63,828 bases of DNA from a virus (lineage: Duplodnaviria > Caudoviricetes). Below are positions 26,841-34,898 of this stretch, piece by piece (within the stretch, counting starts at the first letter, position 1; the number at the start of each line of letters is the position of its first letter). The DNA lies in the IMG/VR virus record IMGVR_UViG_3300025131_000032, positions 1 through 63,828 of that record. The stretch is one strand, 5' to 3'. Position numbers and translations under genes: made by a program. The notes below the pieces were generated by a model. The model was given only the letters and a program-made list of their open reading frames with translations, was not told where the DNA came from and did not search any database.

Positions 26841-27100
26841 TACCGCTCCCAGTTCTTCTCCATCGCATGCTTGATGGTCAGCTTAGCCTCATCATACGCC
26901 CCAGCATCGATGTGCTGAGTGGCGATTTCGAGAAGGCCGCCGATCAGCTCCTGCTGGCGCCGATCCTCTGGTGGGTCTGGCGAGTATTGCGCCGATGGCA
27001 ACCGGACATTGCAGCATGGTTTCACGAACCTGCCCCCTCCGTAAGAGACTGCACACACTTTCCCGCACTGCGGGCATGTGCCAAGGCTGACATCACCCAT
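26840..27100 (-). CDS. small zinc-finger protein
   Basis: CPQCG...PCC; start lies in the GGAGGTGGAGTGATG junction. Confidence 0.6.
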   Translation of the reverse strand: MGDVSLGTCPQCGKVCAVSYGGGRFVKPCCNVRLPSAQYSPDPPEDRRQQELIGGLLEIATQHIDAGAYDEAKLTIKHAMEKNWER

Positions 27101-27453
27101 CACTCCACCTCCAATTCAGGATAGAAGTACCCCTGGAACTCGCACGACTCTGACGCAGGCAAGTCCTCGTACACCGCTTTCGGGTCGAAGCTGAACTTGA
27201 GCGGCACCGCAACCGGATCGTCCCCGCAACCCATCTCGACCCCGTCGCCGCGATCACCCCCGCCATTCCGCTCGGCCAACCATTCGTAGGCGTCAACCTC
27301 GCCAAACATCCCATACCCAGCGTACCACGATTCCTCAACCGGAGGCTCGCCATCGGGCTGAAGCAGGAAGACCGCCCGCTGCTCAAACCTGCTCGAATGC
27401 GAATTCGCGATTGACTCACCAGTGTCGGCCGTTTTCCATGAGAAGAAACCCAT
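27100..27453 (-). CDS. conserved phage hypothetical protein
   Basis: MGFFSWKTADT.ESI.N...E..Y.GYG.FG..D.Y. Confidence 0.7.
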   Translation of the reverse strand: MGFFSWKTADTGESIANSHSSRFEQRAVFLLQPDGEPPVEESWYAGYGMFGEVDAYEWLAERNGGGDRGDGVEMGCGDDPVAVPLKFSFDPKAVYEDLPASESCEFQGYFYPELEVE

Positions 27454-27641
27454 CACTCCACCTCCAATTCATCATCGTAATCATCTGTGTAGTCGTTGAT
27501 GCCCTCGATTAACTCGTCCTGGGCACTGTCAAGCCGCTCCACCGCGACATAGTAGGGGATCTCACCCTCCTCGACCGCTTCGATCAGCATTGTGACGATG
27601 CGATCCGCCACCGCTTGCAGTTCTTCACGTTCATCCGCCAT
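27453..27641 (-). CDS. 62-aa highly acidic protein
   Basis: 22 D/E versus 3 R and no K; junction-motif RBS. Confidence 0.65.
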   Translation of the reverse strand: MADEREELQAVADRIVTMLIEAVEEGEIPYYVAVERLDSAQDELIEGINDYTDDYDDELEVE

Positions 27642-28476
27642 CACTCCACCTCCAGAAAAAAGGGATATCACTTGCGTAGATTTGTTTGAGAGCCAGCCAC
27701 TCTCGTTTACTCGCGGCAAGGAAGTTGTCTTCTTCGGCATCCACTCGCCTGAGCATGTTAGCGAACTTCCTGGCTCGCAGATCGAAGTCCCAATCAATGC
27801 CGACTGCCCCGGCATACATCGACCCTGGCAGGGACTCGATCAATGCCGCTAGGCAGTCATCGTTGATCTTCTGCTGGGACATGCCAGCGGGTGGTTCCCA
27901 ATCGCCTGTATCCCAATTGCCGTGCTCGTCGTATTGCCCAAGCGTCTCAGCGATCTCGTGCGGCTCGTCCCACTCTTGAGCAAACCAGCCACTCGCCCGC
28001 CCCTTGCTGATGACTACGTTTCCAAATGTTCCCTCCTTCGCGGCAGAAGTTTGAACTTCACACACTGGGCCAGTGCCCTCAAATGCTACTCGCATCTTGT
28101 CGATGTCTTCCTGCTCCACTCGGTCGAGCCAGTGCGTTTCGTATGCTGCCCAGCATGACCATTTTAGATCAACGCTGATTTTGACTTGCCGTGGTGGGGT
28201 GGGGTTGTCCATCCACAATTGCAGTGTGGGGTTTGCCTTGCTCCCACACTTGCTACACCTGATGCCCATGCCTCCCGCGATGCGGATAACGTGAGCGGTG
28301 AACGTCTCGACAGGCTCGCCTTTCATGTATGCGCGGTCGCTGGGTCTGTCTTGCATGTGTTCCTCGTAGGAATCATGCCCGTATAGCCTTGCGATAATGG
28401 GATTTGCCTCATCGTTGAGGGCGACGACGTGCCACCCAGTTAAGCTATTGTTAATTCTCGCCTTCGCAATACCCAT
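27631..28476 (-). CDS. hypothetical protein
   Basis: long ORF with the junction-motif RBS. Confidence 0.65.
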   Translation of the reverse strand: MGIAKARINNSLTGWHVVALNDEANPIIARLYGHDSYEEHMQDRPSDRAYMKGEPVETFTAHVIRIAGGMGIRCSKCGSKANPTLQLWMDNPTPPRQVKISVDLKWSCWAAYETHWLDRVEQEDIDKMRVAFEGTGPVCEVQTSAAKEGTFGNVVISKGRASGWFAQEWDEPHEIAETLGQYDEHGNWDTGDWEPPAGMSQQKINDDCLAALIESLPGSMYAGAVGIDWDFDLRARKFANMLRRVDAEEDNFLAASKREWLALKQIYASDIPFFWRWSDGG

Positions 28477-28652
28477 CACTCCACCTCCAGCTTAATGCCA
28501 AATTGCCGTTTAAACGTCCTCACAAGCCCCCTAGCGTCCTCCACCGCCTCAGCCTTGGTCTGATAAGGCCCCATCCACCCAGTGCCCTTGAATGGCCGTA
28601 GGATGACCCAGCGACCGCCGCGATGCCCACGCCGCGTTTGTACTATCCGCAT
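28476..28652 (-). CDS. 58-aa basic protein (below the ORF-track cutoff)
   Basis: MRIVQTRRG...MGPYQTKAEA...LEVE. Confidence 0.6.
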   Translation of the reverse strand: MRIVQTRRGHRGGRWVILRPFKGTGWMGPYQTKAEAVEDARGLVRTFKRQFGIKLEVE

Positions 28653-28900
28653 GATTCATCCCCCAACTGCACATCCCAACCCAGCGTGGCGCACTCTGCA
28701 GGGATCTTCGCCAACTGAATCAGTTCGGCTTCCACCGCATCGAGGTAGTCAGGCAGGAGCAGGCAATTGCACAACACCGCATAGCTACCCCGCTGCAACT
28801 CCCATTCAGCAATTGCCCGTGGCTCATCTTTCGCCGCGAACACATCGACGAATATCTGCCGCTCGTCTGGATCGCACGACTCGATTACGAAGTTTTGCAT
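28643..28900 (-). CDS. hypothetical protein
   Basis: junction-motif RBS. Confidence 0.6.
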   Translation of the reverse strand: MQNFVIESCDPDERQIFVDVFAAKDEPRAIAEWELQRGSYAVLCNCLLLPDYLDAVEAELIQLAKIPAECATLGWDVQLGDESCG

Positions 28901-29139
28901 CACTCCACCTCCTCTAAAAGGTTGAATTGCCGGTTCAGCTTGCTCGTGGCCAAGGCCAGCGCCTGCACATCACTCAGCCACACGTCGTGACATTCAGCGA
29001 TGCAATCTGCCACCTTGCTCATTGCCTCGATAGCACCCGCAACCGCTTCCCGTTGCTCAGGCGTCAATTCTGCCACGCCTGCCCGCCGCTTCTCTCGCTT
29101 GGCATTCTCCGGCGCTTTCCAGTCTTCGTTAATCGTCAT
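28900..29139 (-). CDS. hypothetical protein
   Basis: GGAGGTG RBS; ends in EEVE. Confidence 0.6.
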   Translation of the reverse strand: MTINEDWKAPENAKREKRRAGVAELTPEQREAVAGAIEAMSKVADCIAECHDVWLSDVQALALATSKLNRQFNLLEEVE

Positions 29140-29207
29140 CTCACATCACCTCCAGGTTGAAACAGGAACACAAGCCCAGCGCCCACCTCCTGGGCGCCGG
29201 TAGAGTG

Positions 29208-29642
29208 TCACTGTGCCATCTTCGCGAACAAGTCGAGCGCGGCCTCGAACTCCATCTCATTGAGCGGAACCACGCCTTCACGCCGAGTCTTGAACCGCTC
29301 CAGCGCCTCCGCAGTCGGCTTGGTCCCAATCTCGAAGATCCCACCCTCCTTGGCGAAGAGAATCTTCCGCCGCAGCATCCGCTTCAGATCCCGCGCCATC
29401 AGCCAGCGATTAACCAAGTCGCAGCACTCCCCCTCCAGGTTGTGCCACTCGCCCTTGGTGCGACAGTAGTCGTCAGCCAGCTTCCAGGCCGCCTGATCAC
29501 CCGCGAACAGGTCAGGGCCGCCCCTGCCATCGTTCTCGACTGTGCCGATCCGCTTGCCATCGACCCAGACTGAGGCAGAGTAGCAGTGCGTTTCCTGACT
29601 GGCGAAATCGGCATGCTTGACGTTTTTGAGTTGAATTTTCAT
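29208..29642 (-). CDS. conserved phage hypothetical protein
   Basis: MKIQLKNVK...SQETHCY.ASV.VDGK....ENDG.GG. Confidence 0.7.
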   Translation of the reverse strand: MKIQLKNVKHADFASQETHCYSASVWVDGKRIGTVENDGRGGPDLFAGDQAAWKLADDYCRTKGEWHNLEGECCDLVNRWLMARDLKRMLRRKILFAKEGGIFEIGTKPTAEALERFKTRREGVVPLNEMEFEAALDLFAKMAQ

Positions 29643-29644
29643 AA

Positions 29645-30080
29645 CAGACGCTCCTTGATTAGTTGATTAGTTCCGCTTCCAGCGCCTCGATCACAGTTCG
29701 ATTCTATCCAAGGACATTAAGCTGGACCTCGTTTGGAATATGGAATTTATCATGTGACCAATGCACAACGCCGCCAGTGCTGGACTCAATTCGCACGATG
29801 CAATGATCCAACACGCCACTGCCGCCCATTGAGTTGGATCGGTAGATGACTAGCGGAATCTTGATCCTGCCAGTGGATCGTCCAATGTAACACCGCTCTA
29901 CATCGCCCCATGCTGCACCAGTTTCCTGTTCGCCGTAGAACAACTTGAGCCGCATACCTCGCTTGCTCGTGCGTGATTTCTCCAACACCCTGATAACATT
30001 CAAAGGCGTGTCGTTGTGGTATGTGGTGCCGTCTTGAATTTTACTCACAGCAGACGCTCCTTGATTAGTTCCGCTTCCAG
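29645..30080. repeat. 30-bp direct repeat (29645-29682, with an 8-bp internal duplication, and 30051-30080) flanking one gene
   Basis: CAGACGCTCCTTGATTAGTT[GATTAGTT]CCGCTTCCAG. Confidence 0.9.
29704..30048 (-). CDS. conserved phage hypothetical protein
   Basis: GTTYH..TP..V..VLE...LFYG..TG..W...IGRSTG..KIPL...GG..VLDHCIVRI. Confidence 0.7.
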   Translation of the reverse strand: MSKIQDGTTYHNDTPLNVIRVLEKSRTSKRGMRLKLFYGEQETGAAWGDVERCYIGRSTGRIKIPLVIYRSNSMGGSGVLDHCIVRIESSTGGVVHWSHDKFHIPNEVQLNVLG

Positions 30081-30365
30081 TTTGCGAGCCAGCGCCGCCG
30101 ACTCGTACACGCCGCACTCCTCACACACCGCTTCCATCACCTCCACCACCGTCTTCCGCCGAGGTGGCGCTTCGATGCCGCTCTCATCCACCAACCGCGC
30201 ACAGGTCTTGTGGACCTTCCAGACCGCGCCCGCCGACGACCTGGACCCCCGCGCCGTCTCAATCGCTACCTTGACGGTCTTTGGGTTGACTTTTGTCACC
30301 CGCCCGATGGTTTGCTCACCACTCGGGCGCCCGAAAATCACACGATCACCAATAGAAAAATCCAT
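30045..30365 (-). CDS. SH3/KOW-like small protein
   Basis: FSIGDRVIFG...GRVTKVNPKTVKV...WKV. Confidence 0.6.
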   Translation of the reverse strand: MDFSIGDRVIFGRPSGEQTIGRVTKVNPKTVKVAIETARGSRSSAGAVWKVHKTCARLVDESGIEAPPRRKTVVEVMEAVCEECGVYESAALARKLEAELIKERLL

Positions 30366-30481
30366 AACTCACCTCCAATTAGGATAGTAACCAAGCGAAA
30401 ATGCTGTCGCAAACGATCCAGCCCAGCCCAAAGCAGACCCAGAGAGCCAACTGACAGCCGGTATAGTCCACATTCGCCTTG

Positions 30482-30616
30482 TCATCTTGCACGCTCCACC
30501 TCCACCTTGCTGGAATCCCACTTGAAACGCAACACGCAATAATTGCCTGCTGCAACCGCCGACGCTGCTTCGACCGTGCGCCTGAACCGGCCACGGTAAT
30601 AGACCTTGTATCTCAC
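30482..30616 (-). CDS. 44-aa protein (MRYKVYYRG...)
   Basis: AAGGAGGT RBS, GTG start; its first 7 codons recur at 32087-32107. Confidence 0.5.
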   Translation of the reverse strand: MRYKVYYRGRFRRTVEAASAVAAGNYCVLRFKWDSSKVEVERAR

Positions 30617-30774
30617 GAGTCACCTCCTTGGGCAATGCGGAGCAAGGCGCCGCCCCAGCTCTTGGGCGCCCCCTCAGCTTTCTGCTCCTGGTTTTTATGG
30701 CAGTCGCCACACATGCCGTTAAGCAGTAGGGTCTTCGCCCCACAGCACTCGCATTCTCCTAGCGTGGTCGTCAT
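30613..30774 (-). CDS. 53-aa zinc-finger protein
   Basis: GGAG RBS; CECCG...MCGDC. Confidence 0.5.
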   Translation of the reverse strand: MTTTLGECECCGAKTLLLNGMCGDCHKNQEQKAEGAPKSWGGALLRIAQGGDS

Positions 30775-30851
30775 CTAATCAGTCTCCAAAAAAGGTAGGG
30801 AATAAGCCGCACAAGTCCGCGCCCACCTCGGGCGCGGTAGTCTGTGGCCTA

Positions 30852-31274
30852 TCAATACTCACTCGGCAGAAAGATCAGCCGCACTTTCTCGTCACCAACC
30901 ATCGTGGGCGCCACATAGAACTTCGGCCAACCCTGCTCAAAGTCCCAATCAGTGAACCCCACAAACTGCCGATCCTGCACGTCGATCATCTCGCCGTCGT
31001 TGTCGATGTCCGCGCCTGCTTCGACCACCGCAGTGGCATCCGGCGCCGGTTGCCCGTCGAAGTCCACCGGCTTATCGCTGGGCTGGATCGGGCGAAGGCG
31101 CCAGATCTGCAAGGACTGGAACCGCATATCCCCAGCGCGAACGCCCCTTGAACCCTGCCGAGTTGCCACGATATCGATCAGCCAGTGGCAATTGTGCTCC
31201 TCCCGATACGCAGCCACGCCGCTAGTAAAGCAAACGCCCCGGCATAAACTGTGCCTAGTGATAGTGTCAGACAT
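30852..31274 (-). CDS. DUF6876-like protein
   Basis: FTSGV...E...CHWLIDI, Q.WRL, Q...FTDW, terminal LPSEY. Confidence 0.7.
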   Translation of the reverse strand: MSDTITRHSLCRGVCFTSGVAAYREEHNCHWLIDIVATRQGSRGVRAGDMRFQSLQIWRLRPIQPSDKPVDFDGQPAPDATAVVEAGADIDNDGEMIDVQDRQFVGFTDWDFEQGWPKFYVAPTMVGDEKVRLIFLPSEY

Positions 31275-31351
31275 GCTCAAACCCTCCAAAGATAGAGTAG
31301 AAAACCAAGCTAACGCCGTGACCGGAGCCACGGCGCACGCCTGAGCCGCTA

Positions 31352-32068
31352 CTATGCGTAGCAGGGCATGAAGCAGAACGTCACGCCTTGCGCTTGCCCA
31401 TAGCAAGGTTTGTCTCCATTCGTCCAGATCTTCACATGCGCATCGTCGTGCAACGTAGCAAGCCAGTCTCGCAACAAGTCAGGGTTCATGGCTACCTTAG
31501 CGCCTTCCACTTGTAGGTCGTAGGATACGCGACCACGCGGCTCGTATCGTGGCCGAATTGTCCCGTCTGGCTCGATATGGTAGACGGTTCCTTCGGTTGC
31601 GGCGTCGATCCAGCGGACAAGATCTTCCGCGCGTCCCGATATCGTCCCAGTACCCTCAGGCGCATCAGGCAGGTAGTCATCACAAGCTGGAAAACGGCCC
31701 TGGACACGCTCGATTGTGATCTCGATTGCGGTTGGCTCTTTCTTAATCAGTTTCGAGAATCGGAAAACGGCGGAAGTTGCTGTGATCTCGTATTCAACGG
31801 CGCCAGACTTGGCAGTCAACGCGCCCGCCAACTTCTTCAGCCCAGCCCGATCTAAAATAACGTCCGCCAGAAACGGATCGTCATCTGGCACCAGCGAGCA
31901 CTTGGTACGCGATGCTCGCCGCCCATCGGTACAAGTGACCTGCCCATTGGCAAAATAGGCGCCCCCAAGGGCAAACCGGCTTGATTTAGTGTCTGACGCA
32001 AACAGCACTGCGCGGAGGCAGCGCTTGAGTTCGATTGCGTCGATTGTGGCAGCAGTAGCGATTGACAT
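31352..32068 (-). CDS. DNA polymerase III beta (sliding clamp)-like protein, two-domain
   Basis: AVLFASD..SRFAL.G, TDGRR, GRFP, MNP.LL.D. Confidence 0.7.
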   Translation of the reverse strand: MSIATAATIDAIELKRCLRAVLFASDTKSSRFALGGAYFANGQVTCTDGRRASRTKCSLVPDDDPFLADVILDRAGLKKLAGALTAKSGAVEYEITATSAVFRFSKLIKKEPTAIEITIERVQGRFPACDDYLPDAPEGTGTISGRAEDLVRWIDAATEGTVYHIEPDGTIRPRYEPRGRVSYDLQVEGAKVAMNPDLLRDWLATLHDDAHVKIWTNGDKPCYGQAQGVTFCFMPCYA

Positions 32069-32122
32069 AACTAGCTCCAAAAAAGGGTAGTAGACCTTGT
32101 AACGCATGACTCACCTCTCCAA

Positions 32123-32347
32123 TCAGCGATAGGAGCCTCCGCTTTGGTCGAAGATATGCTCGATAGTGTAAATCTCAATTTCCGTTAACTCGCAGCCGTC
32201 AAGCCGCGTAATCCAGCGGTCAGAATAGCCGCCTACCTTCTGGCAGGCGCGACGGTCGCGACTCAAACATGCCACGGCAGTCTCAAGGGATCGGTGCCGA
32301 TGGCCGCAGTCAGAGCGGACAGAACCCTTCGTTGTATACTCGCCCAT
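32123..32347 (-). CDS. conserved phage hypothetical protein
   Basis: YTT.GSVR..CGHRHRS..TA..C...D...C...GGYSDR. Confidence 0.65.
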   Translation of the reverse strand: MGEYTTKGSVRSDCGHRHRSLETAVACLSRDRRACQKVGGYSDRWITRLDGCELTEIEIYTIEHIFDQSGGSYR

Positions 32348-32387
32348 GCTCAAACCCTCCGAAAATAGTGAAGAAATGCCCCAACCG

Positions 32388-32594
32388 CTATACGTCTCGC
32401 TGCTGGTACTCGATCACCGCGCCGTCTTCATCGACAACCCGCACCGCTTGCTGGAGGCCGTCGTTACGCTGCTGGTACTCGCCGCGCAGCCTGTCTCGCG
32501 CCTCCAGCGCCTCCAGCGCCGAGCCAAACTCGGTCGAATCGTCATCTCGCGAGAATAGGTAAGTGGACAGGCACCGCGTCTGCAAATAAAACAT
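32388..32594 (-). CDS. hypothetical protein
   Basis: GGAG RBS. Confidence 0.55.
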   Translation of the reverse strand: MFYLQTRCLSTYLFSRDDDSTEFGSALEALEARDRLRGEYQQRNDGLQQAVRVVDEDGAVIEYQQRDV

Positions 32595-32655
32595 AACTAC
32601 TCCAATGTGATTAGTGATTTGCCCCACAATTCAACCCCATCCCGCTGCTATAGTT

Positions 32656-32885
32656 CCTACTCCGCCCTACTCCGACCTGCTCCGACCTGCCGACCTGCTC
32701 CGACCTGCTCCGATCCTGCCGAGCCGCCGATCCTGCCGACCCTGCTCCGATCCTGCTCCGATCCTGCTCCGATCCTGCCGACCCTGCTCCGATCCTGCTC
32801 CGATCCGCCGACCCTGCCGATCCGCCGACCCTGCCGAGCCGCCGACCCGCCGACCCGCCGACCCTGCCGACCCTGCCGACCTACT
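32656..32885. repeat. degenerate tandem array of 23 CCGA-core units (8-11 bp)
   Basis: units CCGATCCTGCT, CCGACCCTG, CCGACCTGCT, CCGACCCG and variants; intergenic. Confidence 0.92.
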
Positions 32886-33645
32886 TATGAAACGGATAGA
32901 CTACGTCAACCAAAACAGCCGCGCAAGCCGTGCAATTGCCACATTTGGCTCGCGGGTTCGCTCGGCTCGGCTTATGCTTGGACGCAAACGTATTCGCAAT
33001 AGCAGGGCAGATAACCGTTTTGCGGCCGGTTGCTTTACGACGACGACGCGCCAACTCCCGCGCGGCCGCTATCCGCTCGCGCAGTTTAGTCCCTGGACTC
33101 CCAGCAACGACACTAACGGCGCCACTAGCCCGGACAAACCGCCGAGCACTAGCGCAGGACTCCCGCACCGTTACCAGATCGCCAACCAAGGCGCGGTAGA
33201 ATCTAGCCTTCGCGAACCCCTCGACTGGAAAATGGGTAGGGATTCCCAAATCGGTTGTCCACCGAAACAGCCCCCGCAAAGCAGTCAGGAACAGCCTATT
33301 CTGCCGCGCCACGCTCGGCATTGGAACCGATCCAAAACTACTGATGCGCAGCCACGGAATCGAGTCCTTGCTTTGCATCTCAACCAGCGCCCGATTAACT
33401 AGCGTCGCCGGATTAGTGTGGCTGTGCCGAGAAAGCTTGGCTTGCAATTGGCGCCTATCGATTTGCGCCTGCGTCGATGTTGCGTAACATTGCCGCGAGG
33501 CGCCCGGAATTGTCGAGCGTTTGTGATGCCCGCAAGCCGACCGATCACAATTGACGCCGCTACTACTGCCGAAATTGAGAGAAACGGCGCCTTCAACCGC
33601 TTTGCCAAATCCTCCGAGCACCGGCCTACGCTTTCGAGTTTTCAT
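32881..33645 (-). CDS. GP88-like Cys-rich protein
   Basis: C...C...CYA, WLRISSFGS, ICPA...CGNCTAC...YPFH. Confidence 0.6.
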   Translation of the reverse strand: MKTRKRRPVLGGFGKAVEGAVSLNFGSSSGVNCDRSACGHHKRSTIPGASRQCYATSTQAQIDRRQLQAKLSRHSHTNPATLVNRALVEMQSKDSIPWLRISSFGSVPMPSVARQNRLFLTALRGLFRWTTDLGIPTHFPVEGFAKARFYRALVGDLVTVRESCASARRFVRASGAVSVVAGSPGTKLRERIAAARELARRRRKATGRKTVICPAIANTFASKHKPSRANPRAKCGNCTACAAVLVDVVYPFHK

Positions 33646-33679
33646 ACTGCTCTCCATTCTGAGGGTAAGAACGAAACCC

Positions 33680-33709
33680 CAATCGCCCCGCAATGTGCGG
33701 GGCGATTGC
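33680..33709. other. perfect intergenic hairpin
   Basis: CAATCGCCCCGCA-short loop-TGCGGGGCGATTG; no U-tract. Confidence 0.6.
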
Positions 33710-33724
33710 AGCCAAGCACCTACC

Positions 33725-33925
33725 CTACTTAGGTGTGGTGATCTTAGTCTTGGCGCAAAATCGTAGCATCACGTCGTCCCCCATTTCTTGCCGATTGCAG
33801 GGTTTCCCGTCGTAGGGGTGAAATAGGTCCGCAATGATCCAATCTTGACCGCTTGCCCAACTAGCGCGGGCTGCTTTAACCGTCTTGAAATCACGTCCAT
33901 AGGCCGGAAGTAGTGTCGTTGACAT
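33725..33925 (-). CDS. conserved phage hypothetical protein
   Basis: L.PAYGRDFK..K.A...W..G.DW. Confidence 0.65.
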   Translation of the reverse strand: MSTTLLPAYGRDFKTVKAARASWASGQDWIIADLFHPYDGKPCNRQEMGDDVMLRFCAKTKITTPK

Positions 33926-33967
33926 AACGTAGCTCCAACAAAAGGGGAAGGAAAACTCAGAGTTTGG

Positions 33968-34160
33968 TTATTCGGTATCACAGTAGTGCTCTAAATCAAT
34001 GGCGCCGTCGCGTATTAGTGTCACCGACTCACCCGCAGCGCGACCGATGCACAGTAGGCTTAGCTCACGATACTCCGCAAACATCTTGTGGGCGTAGACT
34101 GGCGAACAGCCGGAGAAGACCGTGCCGATGTTGCCGACGATTACCTCATAGTTACTCATT
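33968..34160 (-). CDS. conserved phage hypothetical protein
   Basis: AAGGA RBS; YEVIVGNIGTV...GRAAGESVTL..DG. Confidence 0.65.
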
Positions 34161-34898
34161 GTTCGTTTCCTTAGTTGATGGTTAGTTGGAAGCTTCGATC
34201 CATTCTTGGGCGTCGTAATCGTAGTATGGCTCACCCGATAGTATTTGGTGGACTCGTTGCAATTCGCACAGGAGTATATCGGTTGTCACGCCGGGACTGC
34301 GGTGCAGACTGTCTAACTTGGTTGGTTCGCAACATGCGATTGCAGCCTGTAGTCGCTTGTGGTTCATCGTGCCGGTCTCCGGAGGTTTGTTGCTGTACAG
34401 TCCAACAAACCACGGCGCCGCCCAAAAGTTCCGGCCGATTCCGAGTAAAATCGAGAACACGCCGAATCCACCCCTACCAAACGCCTGGACCTGGTGTACG
34501 GCCGTTCACTACTGAACACTTGAACACTGAGCTCGAGGCCTCCCGCCTGTAGACAGTAGAGGCCGGCGTTGAGCAACGATGACGAGCGTAGCGAATATGG
34601 TAGGAAAGACAGGATTTTAGAGGCCAAATCGAAACGCTCAAGAAATAGGCAGCGCCTAACTTGTTTGATGCCAACAGCTTGCGCCGATTGGCAAAATGGG
34701 GGGAGGGGCGACCATCGGCCCGCCTGGCCAATTGTATCTACAACCCCGTAAATTTTTCGCAGTTTTGCTCTAGGGTAGTGTCATGGCCGTAGACTTGGCC
34801 CTGTGCATGCCCCTGGTCGCCCGTGTGCCCCGTTTTGCTGATATTCGATATCTGAGCCCTGATTATTTTTTTCGCGTTAAAACGGCTCTGGGGGCCTC

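Larger units (their letters stand above)
27098..28912 (-). repeat. five exact copies of GGAGGTGGAGTGATG at gene junctions
   Basis: + strand CATCACTCCACCTCC at 27098, 27451, 27639, 28474, 28898. Confidence 0.95.

Noticed and set aside
32656-32885. CRISPR or TIGR-like guide array
   Set aside because: The units are 8-11 bp with no unique spacers, and no cas or Nop-domain gene was recognised.
32607-33402. + strand ORFs of 131 and 262 aa
   Set aside because: They result from the stop-free tandem array and are antisense to the GP88-like gene.
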